Source of the DNA: Clostridia bacterium
Lineage (GTDB): Bacteria; Bacillota; Clostridia; Oscillospirales; CAG-382
NCBI GenBank assembly: GCA_017549405.1
Contig: JAFYUY010000090.1
Span: 1-41,811 of the forward strand
Reading direction: 5' to 3'
Length of the DNA stretch: 41,811 nt
In this document: positions 9,428 through 18,974 of the stretch, in pieces
Position numbering within the stretch: position 1 is the first letter of the stretch
Layout: every line of letters begins with the position of its first letter
Program-made: the position numbers and the translations under genes
Notes under the pieces: model-generated
What the model was told of the DNA's origin: nothing
The model's database searches: none
The model's input: the letters and a program-made list of their open reading frames with translations, nothing else

Positions 9428-10212
9428 TATGCATCACCTCCCGCTTCGTTTTTCTGCAATTCTATCGGTATATCGGGATTCACAAGAGCTTCGGGCACAT
9501 TCGACGGTCCGTCATAAACCACTTTGCCGTCCTGAAGGCGGATTATTCTCTGTGCCTTCACGGCTATGGAATTATCGTGGGTAATAAGTACTATGGTGTT
9601 GCCCTCTGAATGAAGCTGCTGCAGAAATTCCAGCACCTCACGTCCTGTGCGGGAGTCGAGAGCTCCCGTGGGTTCATCGGCAAGAATGACCGATGGGTTT
9701 CCCGCAAGAGCGCGCGCAATGGAAACACGCTGCTGCTGACCGCCCGAAAGCTGTGACGGGAGGTTCTTTGCTTTTTCCGTAAGTCCCACGCGCTCAAGCG
9801 ACTTTAACGCCGCCTCGCGTCTTTTTCTTTTGGGAACCCCTGCATATAAAAGGGGCAGTTCCACGTTTTCGAGCACCGTAAGCTTTGGTATGAGATTATA
9901 TTGCTGAAAAATAAATCCCAGCATTTTGTTTCGGATATCTGCAAGCTTATTATCGTTTAATGTGCTCACGTCCACACCATCAAGGTAATATTCGCCCGAT
10001 GTGGGAACATCCAATGCCCCGATTATATTCATGCAGGTGGATTTTCCCGAGCCCGACTGACCGACTATCGCAACAAACTCTCCGCGCTTTACGGAAAAGG
10101 ATATGCCATCTGCGGCACGCACCTCGGTGTCGCCCATCTCATATATTTTATATATATTATCGAATACTATAAGGTCATCGCCGTGCTGTATGCTGTTTTG
10201 ATTCTTTGCCAT
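9427..10212 (-). CDS. ABC transporter ATP-binding protein (MacB/LolD-like)
   Basis: Walker [10 protein letters not shown], signature [15 protein letters not shown], Walker [12 protein letters not shown] and an H-loop ITHD are present. Confidence 0.95.
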   Translation of the reverse strand: MAKNQNSIQHGDDLIVFDNIYKIYEMGDTEVRAADGISFSVKRGEFVAIVGQSGSGKSTCMNIIGALDVPTSGEYYLDGVDVSTLNDNKLADIRNKMLGFIFQQYNLIPKLTVLENVELPLLYAGVPKRKRREAALKSLERVGLTEKAKNLPSQLSGGQQQRVSIARALAGNPSVILADEPTGALDSRTGREVLEFLQQLHSEGNTIVLITHDNSIAVKAQRIIRLQDGKVVYDGPSNVPEALVNPDIPIELQKNEAGGDA

Positions 10213-10224
10213 ATCAGCTCCTGT

Positions 10225-12114
10225 TTATCTGCCCATGCCCGTGGGGCGCTGACTTCCGCTCATTCCGCTCATTCCGCTTCCCATACCGCCCATTCCGGAG
10301 GGACGCTGACCGCCGCTCATTCCCATACCGCCCATGTTACCTCCCATGGACGCCATGCCGATCATTGAAGAAAAAGCATCTTTTGACACATTGATTATTT
10401 CCGAAACCACTACATCGCCCTCGTTAAGACCGGAGATGATCTCAACGTACTCATCATTGCTTGCACCGATCTCAACTTCAACAAGTTCTGTTTCGGGCTT
10501 CTCGGTAACCGTCTGAGCTTTGCCGTTGTGAGAAACAGGTCCTGAGGGAGCCTTGTTATCTGCAGTTTCGGTTCCCTGTATGTTCTGCGGACTCTCGGTA
10601 CTGTTTTGTTTTACCACTTCCACATGGTTTCCACGCTTCACGGCATCTACGGGAACGGCAAGCACATTCTCATGGTTTGAAACTACGATTTCCGCATTTA
10701 TATTCATTCCGGGCAAGAGATATTCGTTACCGGGAATTTCAACGGTTACGGGATATACGGTGGTGCCTCCCGATGATGAACCCACTATGCTCTTTTTGGT
10801 AACAGTACCTTCGAAAGTCATATTGTCTATGGAATCGGAAGTGATATTTACCTTTTGTCCCACCTCTATCATACCAAGATCCAGTTCGTCTATACCAAGC
10901 TCGAAGGTGAGCTTTGACATATCGTATATAATGGCAAGATTTGTGGTGGAAGACATGGAGCTTGAACCGATGGTATCAAGATACTTGTAGTTCTTTTGCA
11001 CGACCGTTCCCGAAATGGGTGCTTTCACCGTATAATCCTCAAGGCGTTCTTCCAGATCTTCAAGTGCCTTTATTTGATTATCATAAGCTTTTTTGAGTGA
11101 TTTTGCCTGCTTATCAAGGTTTTCGGAGGATATTTTAAGAACGATATTGCCTTTTGAAATATTCTGACCTTCTTTTATGCTGATGCTTTCTATTTCTCCC
11201 GAAGCGTCGGAAATCACTGTATCTTCTTCGTTATACGAGAAAGTTCCCTCGCCCGAGCAATAATATGTATTGCCGTCGGTGCCTTTTGCGTTTGCATATG
11301 CCGTCATTCCGAAATATATCCCGCCAGGATTTTTAACGGAAATTTTTATATTTCGGGTAAGGGCACCCGTTGAATTTACGGAAGTGAGATTTGAAATTTC
11401 CGTAACTGTTCCGTCAACCACCTCATCGGTATCGCGGAAAGTAACAGCAGCGGGACTTCCGTTTACAAGTGCATCTGTGTTGGAGGCAAAAAACGGAACT
11501 TCGAGCACCATGGTGTCGTTATCCACGATATAGGCTATCTTTGTACCTGCGGAAACATTGTCGCCCTCTTCAACGTAAAGCTCGCGAACCGTTCCCGAAA
11601 AATCGGATATTACAGTAAGATCCTTGTAATCCTCCAATATATCGTTGTAATCATCAAGAGCATCCTGCACATCTTTGCGCTTTTCTGCTATATCATCCAC
11701 CACATCCGAAGAATCCACAACATAAAGAACCTGATCCTCAAGCACCTCATCCATTTCTTCAAAATCAGCACTTAAGATATCGCCCGTTACGGTTGCGGTA
11801 ATGTTATATGAATCATAGGGCTGCAAAGTACCCGTGCCCGTAAGGGTTGTGGCAATATCACGGCGCTGTACGGTATAAAGCTTATATCCGCCCGACAATT
11901 CGCTAATTTTATTCGAAACTACGGCTGAAAACACCTTTGCACGAAGCGACGGTATGAATATTACCGAAAGTACAAGTGCAATTATGATAAGAAAAATTAT
12001 CAGAAATATTTTTCCCGCACTTATTCGCTTCTTCGCACCTTTGCGTTTCTTTTCCTTTTTCTGCTTTGTTCCGGCATTTTCCGCAGATATGTTTTTGTTT
12101 TGGCTGTCGCTCAT
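10225..12114 (-). CDS. HlyD/MacA-family efflux adaptor with a Gly/Met-rich C-terminal tail
   Basis: N-terminal TM segment IFLIIFLIIIALVLSVIF. A lipoyl/barrel-sandwich pattern and a coiled-coil segment (KQAKSLKKAYDNQIKALEDLEERLEDY...APISGTVV) are present. RBS GGAGG. Confidence 0.85.
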   Translation of the reverse strand: MSDSQNKNISAENAGTKQKKEKKRKGAKKRISAGKIFLIIFLIIIALVLSVIFIPSLRAKVFSAVVSNKISELSGGYKLYTVQRRDIATTLTGTGTLQPYDSYNITATVTGDILSADFEEMDEVLEDQVLYVVDSSDVVDDIAEKRKDVQDALDDYNDILEDYKDLTVISDFSGTVRELYVEEGDNVSAGTKIAYIVDNDTMVLEVPFFASNTDALVNGSPAAVTFRDTDEVVDGTVTEISNLTSVNSTGALTRNIKISVKNPGGIYFGMTAYANAKGTDGNTYYCSGEGTFSYNEEDTVISDASGEIESISIKEGQNISKGNIVLKISSENLDKQAKSLKKAYDNQIKALEDLEERLEDYTVKAPISGTVVQKNYKYLDTIGSSSMSSTTNLAIIYDMSKLTFELGIDELDLGMIEVGQKVNITSDSIDNMTFEGTVTKKSIVGSSSGGTTVYPVTVEIPGNEYLLPGMNINAEIVVSNHENVLAVPVDAVKRGNHVEVVKQNSTESPQNIQGTETADNKAPSGPVSHNGKAQTVTEKPETELVEVEIGASNDEYVEIISGLNEGDVVVSEIINVSKDAFSSMIGMASMGGNMGGMGMSGGQRPSGMGGMGSGMSGMSGSQRPTGMGR

Positions 12115-12140
12115 GTTTACCTCCGTTTAACAAAGATTCA

Positions 12141-12166
12141 AGCCGAAAACTCAATTTCGGCTTGCA
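12141..12166 (-). other. Hairpin between the upstream small gene and the HlyD start (weak terminator or 5' UTR structure)
   Basis: AAGCCGAAA/TTTCGGCTT 9-bp stem. On the minus strand AATCTTTGTT follows, about 25 nt before the HlyD RBS. Confidence 0.4.
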
Positions 12167-12327
12167 GGTACAAAAACCAATGGAATGCTACTGTATAATT
12201 ATCCCATAGCAATGTGTTATGGAATTGTGTTTTAAGTGAAAACCATCTGTTTTTTTATAATATATATTTTTTCGTAATTGTTAATGCGGAATTTCTAAAA
12301 AATCAATTTTTGGCCATTGCAGGTGCT

Positions 12328-12669
12328 TCAGCGGTAGTATTTATAATAAATAACCACGGTGCGTCTGCGACATGCCGCTTTATCGTAAGCGGTAAGAACC
12401 GCACCCTCAAGATTGAGAAGCTCCCATGCCTGCAAATCGGCAATATCTGCACGGAATATTTCATCTATTCCGCTTGTTACGGCAAATTCCGTTTCACTCA
12501 CAATATTGGAATGCCCCTCTCTGCCGATAACGTTTTCCACACCCTCCACACGCTCTGTCACATATTTTATATATCTGCCGTCGAGCTTTTGCGCCATTTC
12601 CATGCGGAAAGCGAAGCCGTTTTCGTCTTTTTTGTTGAAAGCGTTTTTGATCTTTTCTATTAAGCCCAA
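12328..12669 (-). CDS. Hypothetical small protein of about 113 aa
   Basis: The listed ORF start at 12705 is a TTG that overlaps the esterase gene by 35 nt. The TTG at 12669 has GAGGA 8 nt upstream and lies just after the esterase stop. The first in-frame ATG is at 12603. No family recognised. Confidence 0.5.
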   Translation of the reverse strand: MGLIEKIKNAFNKKDENGFAFRMEMAQKLDGRYIKYVTERVEGVENVIGREGHSNIVSETEFAVTSGIDEIFRADIADLQAWELLNLEGAVLTAYDKAACRRRTVVIYYKYYR

Positions 12670-12670
12670 A

Positions 12671-13435
12671 TCATTTTTCCTCGCATTTTGATATAAAATC
12701 CGCAACCATTAAAGCAAGCTTATTTTCGCCGTTTTCATTTTGCTCGCGCACATACTGGCAATGCTTGCCGTGCATTATCGTGTGGGTAACTTTTTCACCG
12801 TGACCGAAATTGCGCAGAACGGATAACATGAGCATGGTCTGCTCATAGCGGTTTTTAATGTCATTATCCGAAACCACAAAATGCATGGGCGGGTAAATAT
12901 CTTCTCCGTTCACATGGTAAAGGGGCGCCGTTTCGTCCACTATTATTCTGTATTTATCGTAGCCCATGGAACTTAAAATGCTATAATGCTTTGTGGGCTG
13001 ACCCGCATCGTGGAAATATCCTTTCACGGCATCTTCGCAGCAACGCTCGCGCAGATACTGCTTATCGAAGCACAGCATCATGGAAAGATATCCTCCCGCA
13101 GAGCTTCCGCCCACATAAATGCCGGTGGGGGTACAGTAATTGCAAATGTTTTCGGCAGTCCACTTCACACAGTCGGCAACATCGTTTATAAAATCGGGAT
13201 ACTGAGCCTCGGGCATGAGTCTGTAGTCGGCATTGACTACCGCAATGCCTTTAGCGGCAAGTGTCTTAGCCAAGGTGTCGTTAAGGTCCTTGCGGCATCC
13301 CGCCTCGAGTCCTCCGCCATGGAAATAAACAAAAACGGGGACATTCTCGGTGTTGTCGGGAAGATAAATGTCAAGCATTCTTTTTTCGTCCTGCGGATAG
13401 CCGGCATTGTAAGGAATGTTTTCGATAAGCTTCAT
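12671..13435 (-). CDS. Alpha/beta-hydrolase esterase/lipase
   Basis: HGGG oxyanion motif (VYFHGGGLEAG) and nucleophile elbow GGSSAGG. I prefer the ATG at 13435 (MKLIENIPYN) because AAAGGA lies 9 nt upstream. The ATG at 13453 has no RBS. Confidence 0.8.
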   Translation of the reverse strand: MKLIENIPYNAGYPQDEKRMLDIYLPDNTENVPVFVYFHGGGLEAGCRKDLNDTLAKTLAAKGIAVVNADYRLMPEAQYPDFINDVADCVKWTAENICNYCTPTGIYVGGSSAGGYLSMMLCFDKQYLRERCCEDAVKGYFHDAGQPTKHYSILSSMGYDKYRIIVDETAPLYHVNGEDIYPPMHFVVSDNDIKNRYEQTMLMLSVLRNFGHGEKVTHTIMHGKHCQYVREQNENGENKLALMVADFISKCEEK

Positions 13436-13456
13436 GTTTTTTATTCCTTTCATAAT

Positions 13457-14437
13457 TCATGTATCAAATATTTTAACGCTTGCACGTTCAATTATTTTAC
13501 ATTCAACGCAGATGCTCTTTTTTTCGGTCTGTTTGCCCGAAAGCACGTCAAACAGCATATCCACCGCACACTCCGCAAGCTCTTCAGTCGGCACACGAAG
13601 CGTGGTAAGCGGTGTATCCAAGAATCGGGATGCGGGAATGTCATTTATGCCCATGACAGAGATCTCATCGGGGATCCTCACTCCGCCCGATCTTAACGTA
13701 TGCATGAGTCCGTAAGCCACCTCATCATATGCCGCAAGGAGTGCTGTGGGTCTTTTTTCTTTCGGCATTTCAAGTATTTTTACGGCAGCATTGTTGCCTA
13801 TAACTTCAAATCTGCCTTCCTCGCAGAATATAAGCTTTTCATCATAACCGCCCGCTGTCTTTTCCATGTATTCGCAAAAAACTCTTTGCTTGCCCAATGT
13901 GAGCCTTTCGCCCACAAAACCTATTTTTCTGTGTCCTTTTGAATATAAATAATTTGCGGCATCGCCAACAACGCCTTCCAAATCGACAAAAACACAGTTT
14001 TCACCCTCCACCCTTGAAAGATAGATCATGGGAAAAGGTAGACTTCCGTGTTCTTTTGTGTTGTCTATACATATAGCTGCGGATATTTCGTTTTCATAAA
14101 TACATCTGTCTATTATATTTTTGAGCTTTTCTTTATCGAATCCCGTAATAAACACAGATGCTCTGCCGCCACGTTCTTCTATAAGGCGGCACAGACTCGT
14201 TACGGTCTCTGAATAATGTATGCTTATTATTTCGGGGCATATGAGCGCAACTGTGGGGTGCGCGCTGCTGCGGTTATCGAGCTTTCGCTTTTTGGACTGC
14301 GAAAAATACCCCAGCTCCTCAGCCGCTCTGCGAACAAGCTCTTTTGTTTCATCGCTGATATCCTTTCCGTTTGAAAGGGCTTTTGATGCGGTGGAAACGG
14401 AAACTCCTGCCCGTTTCGCAACTTTTTCAAGGGTCAC
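13457..14437 (-). CDS. LacI-family transcriptional regulator
   Basis: The N-terminal HTH is TLEKVAKRAGVSVSTASKALSNGKDISDETKELVRRAAEELGY, followed by a periplasmic-binding-fold C-terminal domain. GTG start with GAGGTGAG RBS. Confidence 0.9.
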   Translation of the reverse strand: MTLEKVAKRAGVSVSTASKALSNGKDISDETKELVRRAAEELGYFSQSKKRKLDNRSSAHPTVALICPEIISIHYSETVTSLCRLIEERGGRASVFITGFDKEKLKNIIDRCIYENEISAAICIDNTKEHGSLPFPMIYLSRVEGENCVFVDLEGVVGDAANYLYSKGHRKIGFVGERLTLGKQRVFCEYMEKTAGGYDEKLIFCEEGRFEVIGNNAAVKILEMPKEKRPTALLAAYDEVAYGLMHTLRSGGVRIPDEISVMGINDIPASRFLDTPLTTLRVPTEELAECAVDMLFDVLSGKQTEKKSICVECKIIERASVKIFDT

Positions 14438-14529
14438 GCAAACTCACCTCGTTCCTCCCATATCAGAACTATTTTATCATAATATACGGCTTTATGCAAG
14501 AAAAATTCCGAAATTTCCCATATCATATT

Positions 14530-15300
14530 TCAGATAATATCGTCGTCGCCCTTCCGTATATTTCGCGGAGTCTTTCCCGTGAATTTATAAAGCACTCTTC
14601 TCATATACATCGGCGAAGAAAAACCCAGCTTTTCGCTGATATATTCCACGGTGTAGTCTGTATTTTTCAAAAGCTCCGCCGCGCGGATGCAACGTATTTT
14701 GTTTTTATATTCCACCGGTGAGCAAAATGTCTGCTTTTTAAACACATCATAAAATCCCGATTCGCTCATTCCGCAAAGAGATGCAAGAAACCGAACATCA
14801 AATTTTTCAGCATGGTTTTTTTCGATATATCTTACTGCGGGCATGACAGAATAAGTCGCACCCTGCCTTTTTTCTTTTGTGAGCTTCGGAACCGCCATGG
14901 AATAAAACGTATAAAACAAAGACATCGCCCCCATCGGGTCTTGCTCAGAGCGCTCATATATTTTGTCGCCCATTTCTCTTGCACCGGAAATATCGACCCT
15001 TTGCAAAGAGAATCGTGTATCATTTTCGCGTTCTGTCATGAAAATATGGGGCAGAGAATAAAAAACGGGGTGCGGTGAGCCGTGCCATTCCGAGCGGTAC
15101 ACCTGACCTTTGGGAATATAGACTACTTCGCCCTTGCCGATGACAAAATCATTATCCCCTGCCGTAAAGCGCGCAGTGCCGTTGATGATAATGCCGAAAT
15201 AATTATACGGAGCACCGAGAGAAATATGATTCACCGTGCCGTCGGGCGGGGAGATCTTTGCAATATTAAAATAGGAAAGACAGTATTTATCAAAATCCAT
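14530..15300 (-). CDS. AraC-family transcriptional regulator (cupin plus HTH)
   Basis: The C-terminal AraC HTH reads FLASLCGMSESGFYDVFKKQTFCSPVEYKNKIRCIRAAELLKNTDYTVEYISEKLGFSSPMYMRRVLYKFTGKTPRNI. The ATG at 15300 has GAGGA 5 nt upstream. Confidence 0.85.
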   Translation of the reverse strand: MDFDKYCLSYFNIAKISPPDGTVNHISLGAPYNYFGIIINGTARFTAGDNDFVIGKGEVVYIPKGQVYRSEWHGSPHPVFYSLPHIFMTERENDTRFSLQRVDISGAREMGDKIYERSEQDPMGAMSLFYTFYSMAVPKLTKEKRQGATYSVMPAVRYIEKNHAEKFDVRFLASLCGMSESGFYDVFKKQTFCSPVEYKNKIRCIRAAELLKNTDYTVEYISEKLGFSSPMYMRRVLYKFTGKTPRNIRKGDDDII

Positions 15301-15413
15301 ATGATTCCTCGTTTGGAGAATAGTAACCTTTTTATACAGTATAGCATATTTTTTTGCATCAGTCAATGCGTTATTATAAAATTAACATCAAACATCCGAA
15401 AGGAGAAAACATC

Positions 15414-16442
15414 ATGGTCAGCAATTCAAAGACAATAGTATTCACCGCACCGGGCATTGCAGAATATATCGATACCCCCACAAACACCCCCGCAGACGAT
15501 AATTACGTGCTGGTGCGCCACATTGTTACCACGGTAAGCTGCGGCACCGAGCGTGCAAATCTCATGAAGCATCCCAATGTTGCAGGCAAATATTACGTTG
15601 ATATGGAGCACTATTTCCCGCGCAGCCTTGGTTACAGCGGTGCAGGTGTGGTTGAAGCTGTGGGCAAAAATGTAAAATCCGTAAAAGTTGGCGACAGAGT
15701 CACAACATCCTGGGGCATACACACTAAGTACAGATGGTTCCACGAGCACAACGTGCACAAAATCCCCGACGATGTTTCCTTTGAGCACGCAGCTCTCTGC
15801 CATATCGTTACCTTCCCCATGGCGGGAGTTCGCAAAACAAACCTTGAATTCGGCGAAAGCGCCATGACCGTGGGACTCGGAATCCTCGGCGTTATATCCG
15901 TTATGATAATGAAGCTTGCGGGAGCATACCCCGTAATAGGTGTGGACCCCAATCCCGCACGCCGGGAATTTGCAAAAAAATTCGGTGCGGACTTTGTTCT
16001 TGACCCGACAGAGGCAGATTTCCCCGAAAAAGTGCGCAAGATCACCGACGGCAGAATGGTGAATGCGGCAGTTGAAGTAACGGGAAGCGGCCCCGCCCTT
16101 GACAGACTTCTTGATGTTATGGCTGAATACGGCAGAGTATCGCTTCTCGGTTGCACGCGCGATTCGGATTTTTCCATAGATTATTACAAAAAAATACATG
16201 CTCCGGGCATTACTCTTGTGGGCGCCCACACCAATGCCCGCCCCAAGTGCGAATCCCACGAGGGCTGGTGGACGGAGCATGACGACATAACGGCAGCGCT
16301 TCGGCTTATCGATGCGGGAAGACTTGATTTTTCGGGATTTGTATGCGAAACGCACTCTCCGAGCGAAGCACCGCAGGTTTATGCCCGTCTTGCCGAAAAC
16401 CGCGATTTCCCCGTTTGTGTCCAGTTTAACTGGGAAGAATAA
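15414..16442 (+). CDS. Zinc-type (MDR) alcohol/polyol dehydrogenase
   Basis: MDR pattern: GTERANL, GYSGAGVVEAVGKNVKSVKVGDRV and the Rossmann motif GLGILGV. The ATG at 15414 follows AAAGGAGAAAAC. It is divergent from the AraC gene. Confidence 0.85.
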   Translation: MVSNSKTIVFTAPGIAEYIDTPTNTPADDNYVLVRHIVTTVSCGTERANLMKHPNVAGKYYVDMEHYFPRSLGYSGAGVVEAVGKNVKSVKVGDRVTTSWGIHTKYRWFHEHNVHKIPDDVSFEHAALCHIVTFPMAGVRKTNLEFGESAMTVGLGILGVISVMIMKLAGAYPVIGVDPNPARREFAKKFGADFVLDPTEADFPEKVRKITDGRMVNAAVEVTGSGPALDRLLDVMAEYGRVSLLGCTRDSDFSIDYYKKIHAPGITLVGAHTNARPKCESHEGWWTEHDDITAALRLIDAGRLDFSGFVCETHSPSEAPQVYARLAENRDFPVCVQFNWEE

Positions 16443-16465
16443 TCTGATATTTAAGGAGAAAAAAC

Positions 16466-17467
16466 ATGAGAAAACTCAGAGTTGTTCAGGTGGGCACAGA
16501 GCACGACCATGCATGCGGTCCGTATTTTACCGTAAAGCATATGCCCGAAAAATTTGAAATAATAGGTATAATCGAAGAAAAAGAAGATCCTGTTCATCAG
16601 TGCGGCAATTTTTTCAAGGAGCCTCCGGCAGATCTTCCTCCGTACATCACATGGGAAAAAGCTTTTGAAATGAAGCCCGATGCTTTTCTTATTGAAACCT
16701 GCGAGCTTGACCTTGTGGAAAATGCTATCCGTGCACTTGAGGCGGGATACCATGTTTATATCGACAAGCCCGGCAGTGCCGAAAGCGAAAGATTCCACTA
16801 TATGTGCAATCTTGCAAAGGAAAAAGGCCTTGTGCTCTGCTTCGGATATATGTATCGCTACAACCCCTCCGTTCTCCATGCAAAGCAGCTTATGGACGAA
16901 GGCAAGCTTGGCGAAATTTTCAGCGTCGAAGCACAGATGAGCGTGCGCCACCAAAACACAAAACGTGCATGGCTCTCCCGATTTGAGGGCGGTATGACAT
17001 ATTTCCTCGGCTGCCACCTTATTGACCTTGTGGCAATGTTCTGCGGATTCCCGGAAGAAGTTATTCCCATGAACTGCAACACCGGCGTGGACGGAAATGA
17101 CAGCGTTGACTTTGGCTTCTGCGCATACAAATACAAAAACGGCTATTCATTTATAAAAAGCTGTGCTACGGAAATAAACGGCTATGAGCGCAGACAGCTC
17201 GTTATTTGCGGAAGTCTCGGCACTATCGAGATAACCCCCTTTGAAAGAAACCTTGAGGGTGGATACATCAATTCCGAGTACCGCGAAACGCTCAACAACG
17301 ATGTTCCGTGGAATGACAACAGCACAACAGTGGTTTCTGATCCTTATTTCCGCTACGATAAAATGTTTGAAAGCTTTTATAACTACGTTTGCGGAACCGA
17401 GAAGAACCCTTATACATACGATTACGAAGCAAAGCTGCACGACCTTATTCTTGCTTCTTGCAAATAA
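16466..17467 (+). CDS. Gfo/Idh/MocA-family oxidoreductase
   Basis: The N-terminus MRKLRVVQVGTEHDHA is Rossmann-type, and the EKP-like motif VYIDKPG is present. Same operon as the MDR dehydrogenase. Confidence 0.85.
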   Translation: MRKLRVVQVGTEHDHACGPYFTVKHMPEKFEIIGIIEEKEDPVHQCGNFFKEPPADLPPYITWEKAFEMKPDAFLIETCELDLVENAIRALEAGYHVYIDKPGSAESERFHYMCNLAKEKGLVLCFGYMYRYNPSVLHAKQLMDEGKLGEIFSVEAQMSVRHQNTKRAWLSRFEGGMTYFLGCHLIDLVAMFCGFPEEVIPMNCNTGVDGNDSVDFGFCAYKYKNGYSFIKSCATEINGYERRQLVICGSLGTIEITPFERNLEGGYINSEYRETLNNDVPWNDNSTTVVSDPYFRYDKMFESFYNYVCGTEKNPYTYDYEAKLHDLILASCK

Positions 17468-17489
17468 GCTCTGTTATATAATCAGCAAA

Positions 17490-17519
17490 GCGGGAGGCTA
17501 TCAGCCTCCCGCCTTTTTA
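17490..17519. terminator. Rho-independent terminator between convergent genes
   Basis: GCGGGAGGCT/AGCCTCCCGC 10-bp GC-rich stem with loop ATC, followed by CTTTTTAT on the plus strand. The U-tract on the minus strand is weaker. Confidence 0.85.
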
Positions 17520-17530
17520 TAATGATTTTT

Positions 17531-18970
17531 TTATTCTTGTGCTCCGAGTGTTCTGTAATCGGCAATCACAGTACCCGGATAATAGAGCGAAAGTATGTAG
17601 TTGCAGTCATGCCCCTGTTCGGCAAGAGTCATGGCACCGTACTGGCTGAGTCCCACACCGTGACCGTAACCCACACCCGAAATAGTAAACACCTTTTCGC
17701 CCGCAGAATAAACGGGTTTGAAGCCGTCTGCCGTAAGCACCTCAAGGCCTCCCATGGGAGCGCTTAAGGTTTTGGGGCCGTCTGCCGTAATAACATACAT
17801 ATTAGCCGTATCAAGAATATATTCCTCGTTATCGGAAGCATAAACAGGACAACATGTCGTTATGTTAAAGCAGGCACTCTTGCAATACTGATACAACAGA
17901 TTTCGGACCTGAGTCGATTTTTCCACAACGATCTCATTGCCTTTTGAATCGGAAACAGTTATTTTATATACGTAATCAGAGCCTTCTCTTTTTTCACACA
18001 CAATATTTTCCACACCTCCCTGAAGGATGCCTTCATACGCAGGCTTGGAATTTATGTATTCCGCAAGCGCGGACGCACTTACTGTGTAGCTCCATCTGCC
18101 GTTGCGATAATTTTCGGTATCGTCAAACCCCGTATCAACTCCGCAAAGGTAAGGATACTTTTGGGGATCGCTTCCCCAGGCACCGCCCGCACTTTCTGTT
18201 GACTGACCGCTGGAGGAATGATAAGTGGTAAGGGCAGGCTCTCCGTTATATGCCACCACGAGCCCCCGCGTTTCGTCCACTGCGGCATTTGTTGCGGGAA
18301 CTGCCGTGGCAATGCCTTTATATGCCTGACAATGCTGTGTGGCACAGATATCAAATCCGTCGGAGCCATGCTTGGTTCCGTTGTGGAGAGTAAAGCTTCT
18401 TGCCACAATAGCCTGAGTCTTAAGAGCCTCCATGGGCCAGGAGGTATATACCTCCGACACCACAACGCCCTTTACGTAATCCTCAAGATCGGCAATATTT
18501 ACCACCTTAAGAGCACCCGCAACAAAGGTTATTTCGATAATTCCCGTGTAAAGGTTCTCCGCAACACCTATATTTCCGCCGCCTGAAGCACGGATAAATG
18601 TGGGTACCGAGTCTGCCAGGGTGCACACGGGGTTCCATTCGGGGGTGGTAATGCCCGCTCCGCCCTCATATACCGACGCCACAACTGCGGGGTATGATGC
18701 AAAAACTGCTGTGGGTACAAATCCGGAAGCTGCATCATATGTGCCTATTTCAAAGCCGGTATCCGAGGTCATGGCAAGGGAGGACACGGCGGAATCTCCG
18801 TAAAAGAGCCCCACGCGCAAAAACGTTGAACCGTTCACCGTTTCGATCTTGGCATCCACAAGGGTGGGGAGTATTGCAGCTATTGTTGAAAGCACAAACA
18901 GAACAGCAAGAATAACCGCCATCACTTTGGTTACGGTCTTTTTTCGTTTGGATGTTGAAATAAACTTCAT
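17531..18970 (-). CDS. SpoIID/LytB-domain protein
   Basis: The SpoIID core reads LEDYVKGVVVSEVYTSWPMEALKTQAIVARSF...CATQHCQAYKG...YHSSSGQSTESA...YGHGVGLSQYGA. The ATG at 18970 (MKFISTSKRKK plus a TM segment) has GGAG 7 nt upstream and lies 4 nt after the preceding stop. Confidence 0.85.
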   Translation of the reverse strand: MKFISTSKRKKTVTKVMAVILAVLFVLSTIAAILPTLVDAKIETVNGSTFLRVGLFYGDSAVSSLAMTSDTGFEIGTYDAASGFVPTAVFASYPAVVASVYEGGAGITTPEWNPVCTLADSVPTFIRASGGGNIGVAENLYTGIIEITFVAGALKVVNIADLEDYVKGVVVSEVYTSWPMEALKTQAIVARSFTLHNGTKHGSDGFDICATQHCQAYKGIATAVPATNAAVDETRGLVVAYNGEPALTTYHSSSGQSTESAGGAWGSDPQKYPYLCGVDTGFDDTENYRNGRWSYTVSASALAEYINSKPAYEGILQGGVENIVCEKREGSDYVYKITVSDSKGNEIVVEKSTQVRNLLYQYCKSACFNITTCCPVYASDNEEYILDTANMYVITADGPKTLSAPMGGLEVLTADGFKPVYSAGEKVFTISGVGYGHGVGLSQYGAMTLAEQGHDCNYILSLYYPGTVIADYRTLGAQE

Positions 18971-18974
18971 AACG

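Noticed and set aside
12671-12705. 35-nt overlap between the esterase gene and the listed start of the downstream 125-aa ORF
   Set aside because: This was considered as a possible programmed overlap. The listed start is a TTG without an RBS, whereas the TTG at 12669 has GAGGA at 8-nt spacing. The overlap is most likely an ORF-caller artefact.
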